A DNA stretch of 64,000 bases from an uncultured Gammaproteobacteria bacterium. Lineage in GTDB: Bacteria > Patescibacteriota > Patescibacteriia > 2-01-FULL-39-33. Location: contig CAZLFP010000001.1 in NCBI GenBank assembly GCA_964558935.1, forward strand, positions 147,260-211,259, given 5' to 3'. Shown piece after piece: positions 30,250 through 38,513 of this stretch (its first letter is position 1; every line of letters begins with the position of its first letter). The notes under the pieces were generated by a model. The model was not told the origin of the DNA. It saw only the letters and a program-made list of their open reading frames with translations, and searched no databases. The position numbers and the translations under genes were made by a program.

Positions 30250-30391
30250 CGACCAATTCTCCCTTGTCCTTTTTTTCAGTCTGGCCGAAATTCAGAAAAC
30301 AATGACGACAGTGATACTGGTGGCAAATGACTGAATCCGTGCTGACCAACTTATGGCACCTGGGGCATTCGACCGTGTCTTGCTTGGGCAT
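30239..30391 (-). CDS. 50-aa zinc-ribbon-like orphan protein (not in ORF track)
   Basis: MPKQDTVECPRCHKLVSTDSVICHQYHCRHCFLNFGQTEKKDKGELVDAE; CxxC...CxxC; AGGAGG SD. Confidence 0.7.
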   Translation of the reverse strand: MPKQDTVECPRCHKLVSTDSVICHQYHCRHCFLNFGQTEKKDKGELVDAE

Positions 30392-30443
30392 CTTTTATCC
30401 CTCCTGTTAAGTTAGAGCTCAACCAAACAAAAACACCAACCTT

Positions 30444-30586
30444 TGAGTGAAAGGCTGGTTAGTAATTATCTGACTATGTAGCTAAGCACTAATAAGACTT
30501 TCACTCTGAGGAAGGAGTAATAAAGCTAGCAACAATAATCCTAAATTGTGAGTGAAAGTTGTCATATCTGATACCAGTGTAGCTAA
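30444..30586. repeat. duplicated ~40-bp element with three GAGTGAAAG motifs (one inverted)
   Basis: TGAGTGAAAG at 30444 and 30549, CTTTCACTC at 30498; each direct copy is followed by TATCTGA and TGTAGCTAA. Confidence 0.6.
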
Positions 30587-30593
30587 TTTTAGA

Positions 30594-31199
30594 TTAATTG
30601 TCAAATTCGCCCGCCTTTCTATACTGTTGTAAATTAATGATTTTAAAAATATTGGTATAGATACAATCTTGTTTGGGAAAAGTTTTATCTGGTATGGGTA
30701 TATTCAGAAAAGGGCAGATTTTTTCCCAGCCTTCTCCTTTGGTGATATTCATAACCAAAAGATCATTTGGCCTATCTTTAAAATATTCCCGTACCTCTTT
30801 ATCGTGATTGTTATATGCCTGTCGATACTTTTCTTGGTTGTAATCTATACAACCGTAAATATCCTGATGCAACTGATTTAACCAATTGGCAGATTTAATA
30901 ATTTGACCCGGCCAAAAATGCCTTTTGCAAGAATCAAGCCATTTGTCCATATCTCTCTCCAAATAGATGAATTTAGCGTCCGGATATTCTCTGTCCAGCC
31001 TTTTGTAAAATCTAACCGTTGGAATATCCGCCAAAACATCATTGTGCTCAGCAGCCCATGACGAATACTTTAATTCAGGCTTCTCATATCTCATGATTCG
31101 AAACGGAAAATGATCTACTTTGTAACCCAGAATCTGGAGGGCTTTAGACAGACTGGTTGTACCAGTTTTGGACAGGCCTAAACAGAATATTTTAATCAT
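30594..31199 (-). CDS. sulfotransferase family protein (Sulfotransfer_4-like)
   Basis: IFCLGLSKTGTTSL PAPS-binding loop, YPDAKFIYLER, EGWEKICPFL, FP. Confidence 0.88.
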   Translation of the reverse strand: MIKIFCLGLSKTGTTSLSKALQILGYKVDHFPFRIMRYEKPELKYSSWAAEHNDVLADIPTVRFYKRLDREYPDAKFIYLERDMDKWLDSCKRHFWPGQIIKSANWLNQLHQDIYGCIDYNQEKYRQAYNNHDKEVREYFKDRPNDLLVMNITKGEGWEKICPFLNIPIPDKTFPKQDCIYTNIFKIINLQQYRKAGEFDN

Positions 31200-32271
31200 A
31201 CGTATTGATTATTTGGTAAGACATAAAAGTATTAATGGAATTGTTCCATGAAAACCGTTCTGCTTTTTTACGACAATGACTGGTATCCAGCTTAAGGCAA
31301 TCCAAAGCCCCTTGTTTTAAATCTTCCGTCAAGAAACCATCTACTCCATGGGTAATTAAATCTTTAACCCCTTCAGCGTTGTGGGCAACCACCGGCAAAT
31401 CGCATGCCATGGCTTCAACCACCGCCAAACCGAAAGTATCTGTGCGGGAAGGAAACACAAAAACATCTGAAACAGACAAATGATCCACCACCTCCTGTCC
31501 TCTTTTGTAGCCAGTGAAGATCACGTTGTCTTTGGCATACTGCTTTTCAAATGCCTTCTTACTCGGTCCATCTCCCACAATGAGCTTAGAGCCAGGCAGA
31601 TCTAAATCTAGAAATTCTTTTAAATTTTTTTCTACAGCTATCCTGCCCAAATATGTAAAGATGGGCCTAGGCAAATTTTGAACTCTTGCCTCTACTTGGG
31701 GATTGGGATTCTTCTTAAACTTATCAATATCCACTCCTAAATACCAAGCTACCACATTCTTAAAATCGTACCTTTCCAGATGCTCTTTCATGGAATAACT
31801 GGTGGTTAAAACACGGTGTGCCAAGCTATGGAAACGTCTGTAAAAGCGGTACAAAAAGGAAACAGGTAGAAATTTTAATCGGTAGTTGATATACTCAGGC
31901 ATTTGGGTATGAAAACAGGTTGTATACTTCAAGTTCAAACGCTTACAGGTAATCCTGGCTGCCAAACCGATTGGTCCTTCAGTGGCAATATGGATGTAAT
32001 CCGGCCGTTCTGACTTCAAGGTGGCTGCCATGAAATGGGTTAAAAAAGGCTGTTGATGGAAACTATACCAACGACGCTTGCAAAAGATGGCTAAAGAAAT
32101 TTCCGGATATGACGGCAAGGGTATTGAATAAAATAAGCTGGGTTCAATTATTTTGACCTGAAAATTTCTGTGTTCCAAATGACTCTTTAACTGCTTCAAT
32201 ACCATCACCACCCCGTTAACCTGAGGCTCCCAGGAATCGGTAAATATGATGATTTTTTTTGCTTGTTCCAT
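31192..32271 (-). CDS. glycosyltransferase family 4 (GT1-like, lipid glycosyltransferase type)
   Basis: TDSWEPQVNGVV, HIATEGPIG, GRIAVEKN, FPSRTDTFGLAVVEAMA. Confidence 0.92.
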   Translation of the reverse strand: MEQAKKIIIFTDSWEPQVNGVVMVLKQLKSHLEHRNFQVKIIEPSLFYSIPLPSYPEISLAIFCKRRWYSFHQQPFLTHFMAATLKSERPDYIHIATEGPIGLAARITCKRLNLKYTTCFHTQMPEYINYRLKFLPVSFLYRFYRRFHSLAHRVLTTSYSMKEHLERYDFKNVVAWYLGVDIDKFKKNPNPQVEARVQNLPRPIFTYLGRIAVEKNLKEFLDLDLPGSKLIVGDGPSKKAFEKQYAKDNVIFTGYKRGQEVVDHLSVSDVFVFPSRTDTFGLAVVEAMACDLPVVAHNAEGVKDLITHGVDGFLTEDLKQGALDCLKLDTSHCRKKAERFSWNNSINTFMSYQIINTYD

Positions 32272-32272
32272 A

Positions 32273-33550
32273 TTAAGCTACAAGTAGTTCTTTAGCTTTA
32301 AGTGGATTAGCCATGACTTCTTTAACAATCTTCTCCATGTGCATACCCCTGGAACCCTTAATCAGGATGAAATCCCCTTTCTCGATTCTCTCTTGCAAAA
32401 ATCTTCCCGCACGGTCTGTATCTGAAAAAGTAAACACATTATCTGAATCCATACCCCTTCTTTCAGCCTCAGCAGCTATCATACGAGCTCTCTCTCCCAC
32501 TGTAATTAAAATCTCCACTTGAGAATCAAAAACCTGCTGACCAACCTGTCTGTGTCCCTCTGCTGTCTGATCTGCCAGTTCCAACATGTCAGCCAAGACA
32601 GCTATTTTTCTACCCGGCATTTTACCTAACAATTTAACAGCCGCTGTTGTGGAAGCCGGAGCGGCATTATACGTGTCGTCTATGATATAGCTTTGTTTAA
32701 TGCCATCAAGTAAATGCATTCTGCCCGGCAGAGCTTGAAACAGTCTTAAGGCTTGAGATATTTCCAACAGATTCATATCATATATGATACCGGCAGCTGC
32801 ACCGGCTAAGGTCGCATACACCAGATGTTCTCCTAAAATATTGGTTAAAAACACCGGTACAGTACTACCCTGATAAACCAATTTAAAGCTTAAGCCGGTG
32901 ATTTTATCACCACTAACCCCATGATCCAAAGTTGACAAATTGATTTCAGAAGCTCTAATCTGGGCAACTTCATTGTCTATACCGTAAGTCAGTACTCTGC
33001 CCTTGGCCACACTTTTCATATTTAACGTATATGCATTGTCCGCGTTAATAATTGCCCAGCCATTGGAATCTATATGGGAAATAATCTTTGACTTTTCTTT
33101 GGCAATCTTATCTAAAGTCTTGAAGTATTCTAGATGAACAGGACCAATGTTGGTAACCACTCCAACCTTACACGGAGCCAATTCAACCAAATAGCTCATA
33201 TCCCCAATTCTGTCGACAGCCATCTCCAAAACCAAGATTTCCGGATAACTCTTGTCTTTCCACAATAACAAAACAAGAGCTTTAACAAAAGCTCCGCACC
33301 AACCCCAAACAGAACTACCACCGGAAGAAGCCCCAATAATGGTTAATGGCAGACCAATTTCATTGTTGTAATTCTTAATATTGCGCCGAACATTGTATTT
33401 ATGGCTCAAAACCGTATAAATAGCCTCTTTGGTTGAAGTTTTACCCACACTGCCAGTCACGCCAATCACTTCTGGTTGGTATTTGATTAAAATCCGTTTA
33501 GCTAAAAATTTAAGCAGTTGCTGAACAACTTTTTTACATACTTTTTTCAT
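32273..33550 (-). CDS. murF: UDP-N-acetylmuramoyl-tripeptide--D-Ala-D-Ala ligase, N-terminally shortened
   Basis: GVTGSVGKTSTKE, NNEIGLP, DDTYNA, DMLEL, KGSRG. Confidence 0.9.
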   Translation of the reverse strand: MKKVCKKVVQQLLKFLAKRILIKYQPEVIGVTGSVGKTSTKEAIYTVLSHKYNVRRNIKNYNNEIGLPLTIIGASSGGSSVWGWCGAFVKALVLLLWKDKSYPEILVLEMAVDRIGDMSYLVELAPCKVGVVTNIGPVHLEYFKTLDKIAKEKSKIISHIDSNGWAIINADNAYTLNMKSVAKGRVLTYGIDNEVAQIRASEINLSTLDHGVSGDKITGLSFKLVYQGSTVPVFLTNILGEHLVYATLAGAAAGIIYDMNLLEISQALRLFQALPGRMHLLDGIKQSYIIDDTYNAAPASTTAAVKLLGKMPGRKIAVLADMLELADQTAEGHRQVGQQVFDSQVEILITVGERARMIAAEAERRGMDSDNVFTFSDTDRAGRFLQERIEKGDFILIKGSRGMHMEKIVKEVMANPLKAKELLVA

Positions 33551-33589
33551 AATACGCTTATTTTAAGCTATTTGAACTAAAAGATCAAG

Positions 33590-35482
33590 TTACTGAGCAT
33601 CATATGGTACATTGTAGTATTGCAAGATAAACTCAGCTACATCTTGAAAAATGGGAGCTGCCACCGCTGCTCCTGTATGACCCCATTGCGGTTTATCTAC
33701 CCTGACAATCATGGCAAATCGCGGATCAGAGAAGGGTGCAAAACCGACAAATGAAGTGATGACTTCTCCACTGTAACCGCGTCCAATGGTACTGGCCACT
33801 TGAGCAGTACCTGTTTTACCACCCACTCGGTAGCCTTTGACAGCCGCAGCTTTACCATGTCCGTTTTCCACCACTGACACTAGCATACCCATTAACATGG
33901 TGGCGGCTTTGGGTGAAATAACCTGACGCATCAATTCCGGCTGGGTGGTTTCTACCTCGTCCTGACTGTGAATAATCTGAGATACGATATGTGGACGCAT
34001 TAATTTACCATCATTGGCAACTGCTGCAATGGCATTGACAATCTGAAGCGGTGTCACCGTAATACCCTGACCAAAAGAAGCGGTGGCAGCGTATATTTCA
34101 CTGGACTGATTCATTAAATTATAGATATTGCCTCCGGATTCCTGCCCAATTTCAATACCAGTCGGTTCGCCAAAACCAAAATTCTGCAAATATTGACTAA
34201 AAACATCCGGTCCAATCTGACGCATGGCATAAATGACACCCGTATTGATAGACTTTTCCAAGACATTAGTCATAGTCTGCTGGCCGTATGATTTGTATTC
34301 AAAATTCGTGATCCGATCCGGACCAATAATAATCTCACCTGTATCCAAATAGGTGGTGTAAGGATCAACAGCACCGGCATCCAAAGCGGCTGCCATGGTA
34401 ATGGGTTTAAAAATTGAGCCTGGCTCATATGCACCAAAGGTGGCCGGATTGTTATACACCTCTATCTCATCCACATCAGCGTAATTATCCGGATCATAAT
34501 CCGGTGCTCCACACATGGCCAAAACAGCACCGGTTTTAGGATTAAGCACAATGATCGTGCCACCCTGAGCTTTAGACTTTTCCACCCCGGCATACAAAGC
34601 TTGGCAAGCTTTGTACTGAATAGCTCGGTCAATGGTTAAAACCAGATCAGCACCATCTTGTTTTTCTGTTAGACGATGACTGCCAATGGCAATAATATTT
34701 CCCCAAGCATCTCTTTCCGAATGTATTTCACCGTACTGACCGGTTAATAACTCGTCGTAATAGCCTTCAAGGCCATAACGGCCCACTCTCTCACCCTGTT
34801 CATTAAAGCCCCAAAAACCAAACAAATGACCGCCGATGCCTTGCTCGGGGTAAAGTCTCCAGGTTTCTTTGCGAAACGCTAAACCGTCTACCTCCAAAGC
34901 CTCTACCGCTAAGGATTGTTCTTCAGTCAGCTTATGGTACAGAGGTTCATACGGATCGTTTTCTTTGGCCAAGATGGTCGTTATTCTGGTTATCTCCAAT
35001 TCCCGCTGTTCTTCCAACCATTTTTGTTTGCGAGCTGCCTTAATTTCAGCCGCCATGTCTGGCTCTAAATCCGGTGAGATGTCTGCATACAATTCTTCTT
35101 CAATGTCTTCAAATTTAATGTGTGAAGGTAATCCAAAGATGTCAAAAAGCTGTTGTGCGACCTCTTCCGGATTGTGTATTTTATACGGTACGGCATACAA
35201 CATATCCAATTCTTGGTTATCCACGAGCGGATACAAATTATGGTTAACACCGTCTGATTCCATCACATAGATGGAACCTCGCTCCGGAATCAGCTTCTGG
35301 TACAACTCATGCTGTCCAACAGCCAAGGCAGCGTAAAAACCGCCTTTCAAAATCTGCAAATCAAACAAGCGCAGGATTAAAACACCGGCAAACAAAATAA
35401 AAAAAACAGCCAGAACTTTTAACCGAAGTAAATCATTGGTTCTAGCTTTGGCCTGTTTGAGCTTGTGTTCTCGCCAACTCAT
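33590..35482 (-). CDS. ftsI: class B penicillin-binding protein
   Basis: EPGSIFK (SxxK), SIN (SxN), GKTGTAQ; follows mraZ-rsmH-ftsL. Confidence 0.9.
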   Translation of the reverse strand: MSWREHKLKQAKARTNDLLRLKVLAVFFILFAGVLILRLFDLQILKGGFYAALAVGQHELYQKLIPERGSIYVMESDGVNHNLYPLVDNQELDMLYAVPYKIHNPEEVAQQLFDIFGLPSHIKFEDIEEELYADISPDLEPDMAAEIKAARKQKWLEEQRELEITRITTILAKENDPYEPLYHKLTEEQSLAVEALEVDGLAFRKETWRLYPEQGIGGHLFGFWGFNEQGERVGRYGLEGYYDELLTGQYGEIHSERDAWGNIIAIGSHRLTEKQDGADLVLTIDRAIQYKACQALYAGVEKSKAQGGTIIVLNPKTGAVLAMCGAPDYDPDNYADVDEIEVYNNPATFGAYEPGSIFKPITMAAALDAGAVDPYTTYLDTGEIIIGPDRITNFEYKSYGQQTMTNVLEKSINTGVIYAMRQIGPDVFSQYLQNFGFGEPTGIEIGQESGGNIYNLMNQSSEIYAATASFGQGITVTPLQIVNAIAAVANDGKLMRPHIVSQIIHSQDEVETTQPELMRQVISPKAATMLMGMLVSVVENGHGKAAAVKGYRVGGKTGTAQVASTIGRGYSGEVITSFVGFAPFSDPRFAMIVRVDKPQWGHTGAAVAAPIFQDVAEFILQYYNVPYDAQ

Positions 35483-35495
35483 TGTTAATTACAGA

Positions 35496-35867
35496 TTATC
35501 GCAAGGCTACTGAAGAGCCGAGCGGGGTAATGACTGAAACATCATTGCTGGCTACTAAGTTTAAATTTTCTGCCTCTTCAATCACCTTTGCCATTGATTG
35601 TAATTCTATATAATCTAACTGCAAGTGTCTATTTTGTTCTTTTAAGACCGCTAACTGTTCATCTAGCGTTTTAATGGCATAACCTTGAGTGGCGACTTGG
35701 TTGGTTTGAGTTAAGTAGATAAAACCAACAAAACAAGTGACTGCCACCATCACCATAGCCATCTTATTTGGATTAAACAAGCTTTTCAGCCAAGCAATGG
35801 TCTGACTTCTACGATTAAGTTCTGGAAAATGATGATTATGCTGTTCTTTTTGCCAAAATTTACCCAT
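35496..35867 (-). CDS. ftsL: FtsL-like cell division protein
   Basis: single TM plus coiled coil; position between rsmH and ftsI. Confidence 0.6.
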   Translation of the reverse strand: MGKFWQKEQHNHHFPELNRRSQTIAWLKSLFNPNKMAMVMVAVTCFVGFIYLTQTNQVATQGYAIKTLDEQLAVLKEQNRHLQLDYIELQSMAKVIEEAENLNLVASNDVSVITPLGSSVALR

Positions 35868-35878
35868 AATATTGAAGC

Positions 35879-36763
35879 TTATATTTTTTGAACTACTCTT
35901 AATTTTGCACTGCGACTTCTGGGATTGCTTTTAATTTCCACCGGACCAGCAGTGACAGGTTTTTTTGTAATAATCTCGATTCGTGGCTGACTGGCAGCTG
36001 ATTCTTGTTTAAAAAAATGCTTAACCAATCTATCTTCTCCGGAATGAAAACTAATGACTGCCAACCGGCCACCTGACTCTAAGACTTCAAGAGCTTGAGG
36101 CAATACCAGTGAAAGGTTTTTCAATTCAGCATTAACATGCATTCTTAAGGCTTGAAAAACTCTGGTAGCCGGATGATGTTTGGAAGGAGTCTTAAACCGT
36201 AATCGGTAAAGTTCTGAAACCAGCTGGACAAGCATGGCAGCTGTTTCAATGGTTTTACCCTGTTGGCGATTCGCGATGATTTTCTTGGCGATCGGCCTGG
36301 CTAACGGTTCGTCCCCATTTTTCAATATCTCTACTAGTTGTTGTTGAGTGTACGTATTGATAACCTCGTGAGCGGTTGGTTGGTCTGATGCGGGATTAAA
36401 TCTCAAGTCCAAAAACTCCTGATCCTGGTAACTAAATCCCCGATTCTGTATAAGTTGATCTGATGATAAACCAAGGTCGAGTAATACAGCATGAATTGGA
36501 CTAAATCTGGCATCATGGACTATTTTATTTAAATGCTTGTAATTGTCGTTTACGAGAATTAATCGAGAACTTTTCAGGGTATTTGCTTGAACTGCTTGTG
36601 GATCCCATTCAATGGCCAGTACTTTACCTCGGGGCTTGATTAACTCCAACAGTCTTCCACTGTGTCCTCCGGCTCCAAAAGTACAATCCACGATATTCTG
36701 ATTCGGTTGTGGCTTCAGATAATCTATTACCTCCTGGACTAAAACTGGTTGGTGCACACTCAT
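35879..36763 (-). CDS. rsmH: 16S rRNA m4C1402 methyltransferase
   Basis: HQPVL, DCTFGAGGHS, DLGLSS, HPATRVFQALR, ISFHSGEDR, NPRSRSAKLR. Confidence 0.96.
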   Translation of the reverse strand: MSVHQPVLVQEVIDYLKPQPNQNIVDCTFGAGGHSGRLLELIKPRGKVLAIEWDPQAVQANTLKSSRLILVNDNYKHLNKIVHDARFSPIHAVLLDLGLSSDQLIQNRGFSYQDQEFLDLRFNPASDQPTAHEVINTYTQQQLVEILKNGDEPLARPIAKKIIANRQQGKTIETAAMLVQLVSELYRLRFKTPSKHHPATRVFQALRMHVNAELKNLSLVLPQALEVLESGGRLAVISFHSGEDRLVKHFFKQESAASQPRIEIITKKPVTAGPVEIKSNPRSRSAKLRVVQKI

Positions 36764-36764
36764 A

Positions 36765-37193
36765 TTAGACTCCTAGATCATCCAAAGCTTCAGCTATTTC
36801 ACCGGAATTCTTCTCTGTTTCTGCCCGATATTTATCCCATTTGGTCTCATCCCAAATTTCTAAACGATTGTATAATCCGGTAATCACAGTTTTCTTTTTC
36901 AAGCCGGCATATTGCCTTAAGTAATCCGGTAGAATGATTCTTCCCTGTTTGTCTACCGAGACGTCCATGGCACCGGCCAGCATTAACCTGGAAAAAGCTC
37001 TGGTATTGGATTTGCTGAAAGGTAAGGCAGCCAATTTCTCTGCTAGTTTGTCCCATTCCTTCTTGGGGTATAAAAAAAGACAGTCATCCAGTCCTCTGGT
37101 TACAACTGCTTTTTTAAGTTCGCCACGAAACTTGGCTGGAACTGCCAAGCGACCCTTGCTGTCAATGTTGTGTGAATACTGGCCGACGAACAT
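36765..37193 (-). CDS. mraZ: transcriptional regulator MraZ
   Basis: DSKGRLAVPAKFR and DKQGRI repeats. Confidence 0.96.
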   Translation of the reverse strand: MFVGQYSHNIDSKGRLAVPAKFRGELKKAVVTRGLDDCLFLYPKKEWDKLAEKLAALPFSKSNTRAFSRLMLAGAMDVSVDKQGRIILPDYLRQYAGLKKKTVITGLYNRLEIWDETKWDKYRAETEKNSGEIAEALDDLGV

Positions 37194-37229
37194 GTCATCT
37201 GAATTAAGTTAGTAATAAATCTGAGTTAT

Positions 37230-37293
37230 CCCCACTTCTCCCCACATTTCACCTTACATTAGTCATTATACACCACTTTTAAGCACAGGTCAA
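37230..37293 (-). promoter_or_regulatory. mraZ promoter with MraZ-binding repeats
   Basis: TTGACC, 17 nt spacer, TATAAT (37293-37265); GTGGGG repeats at 10-nt period (37230-37235, 37240-37245) plus a degenerate GGTG at 37250-37253. Confidence 0.8.
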
Positions 37294-37386
37294 CACTTTA
37301 TTAACCGAGTCAAACACAAAAAAAATGGCTCATTTAAGCCATAATAATCTTTACCAACTTAATACGGTGGATAACTTATGTGTTCA

Positions 37387-37782
37387 TTAAGTGATATTAG
37401 GTTGCTTGTTGTAAAAAGGCAGAATTAAAGCGCCTTTTTTAGTTTTTTTCAACTTGTCCATCACCTTTTTAACCAATTCTTCACTACTCTCAAACTGGTT
37501 AGCTTTAATACCAACAACCTTTAATTTCAAAGCAAAACCCAAGGTGTTAGCTACGGTAATTCCAATTCGTAAACTGGAAAAACTGCCCGGTCCAGTGACT
37601 ACACCAATCCCCTGTATATCTACCGTTTGAACCCCATTTTGCCTTAACATAAGATCCAGGTAAGTTAAAAGCTGTTCAGCCTGCTTCCTTTCTACATCCC
37701 ATATTCTATCTTCCACAATCTCTTGATCTGCCAAAATTAACTGAACTCGCTGTTTTAAGGTTGTATTGATAATTAAATACAT
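37387..37782 (-). CDS. tsaB: tRNA threonylcarbamoyladenosine biosynthesis protein TsaB, short form
   Basis: GPGSFSSLRIG motif; about 131 aa. Confidence 0.85.
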   Translation of the reverse strand: MYLIINTTLKQRVQLILADQEIVEDRIWDVERKQAEQLLTYLDLMLRQNGVQTVDIQGIGVVTGPGSFSSLRIGITVANTLGFALKLKVVGIKANQFESSEELVKKVMDKLKKTKKGALILPFYNKQPNIT

Positions 37783-37783
37783 G

Positions 37784-38383
37784 TTATTTCTTGTTAAGCT
37801 GGTCAATAACCACCATATGCTTACCTTCCATTAAACGATACAGAAACTTGTCAGTCACATCTTTACGGTAATCATAATCTGATTTGGACATGACCGCATA
37901 ATTAATCTGTTGGTTGAGTCCTTTTTCAAAATCTTTAATGATTTTATCCAACAATTGTCTTTTAACCTGACCAACGATCAATAAATCAACCGGCGCATCC
38001 TCTCTGCCCACAAAAATACCGGAAATAACGCAATACTGAACTCGTCCCAATTTGTCTATCTTTTTAATGAAGTCCTGTTCAAGTATGATTTCAGCCTTTA
38101 CCAACAAGGACTTTAGCTCATCCACAAAGATGAAATTCCGGTTTAGTTTGTAGTATTTTTTATTGTCTTTTAACTTTTTTTCAACTTCTTTTTCCAAATC
38201 TTGCTTCGTAAAAGATTGAATAATCCCAATTTTCTCCAGATTATTCAATTCTCTTCTAATGGAGTTTAAATGAGCATTTAAATTACGCGTTAATTCGCGG
38301 ACAAAGAAAGACTGTTCCGGATTGTTTAAAAACAAGCGCAAAAGCAAGACCCGAGTCTTTGATCCAAATAATTGTTCAAGCAT
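37784..38383 (-). CDS. winged-HTH plus nucleotidyltransferase-like domain protein
   Basis: LFGSKTRV...FVRELTR...IRRELNNL HTH; SG...VDLLIVG NTase-like motif. Confidence 0.75.
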   Translation of the reverse strand: MLEQLFGSKTRVLLLRLFLNNPEQSFFVRELTRNLNAHLNSIRRELNNLEKIGIIQSFTKQDLEKEVEKKLKDNKKYYKLNRNFIFVDELKSLLVKAEIILEQDFIKKIDKLGRVQYCVISGIFVGREDAPVDLLIVGQVKRQLLDKIIKDFEKGLNQQINYAVMSKSDYDYRKDVTDKFLYRLMEGKHMVVIDQLNKK

Positions 38384-38513
38384 AGAATATGATCTAATTT
38401 AAGATATACTTAACTTAATGGGTATTTAGGGATTTGTCAAAACCATTTACTTCTAACCTTGATTTATTGTATAATATTAGCAATTAGGTGTAAAGCCATA
38501 CCAACTCTGCTTT

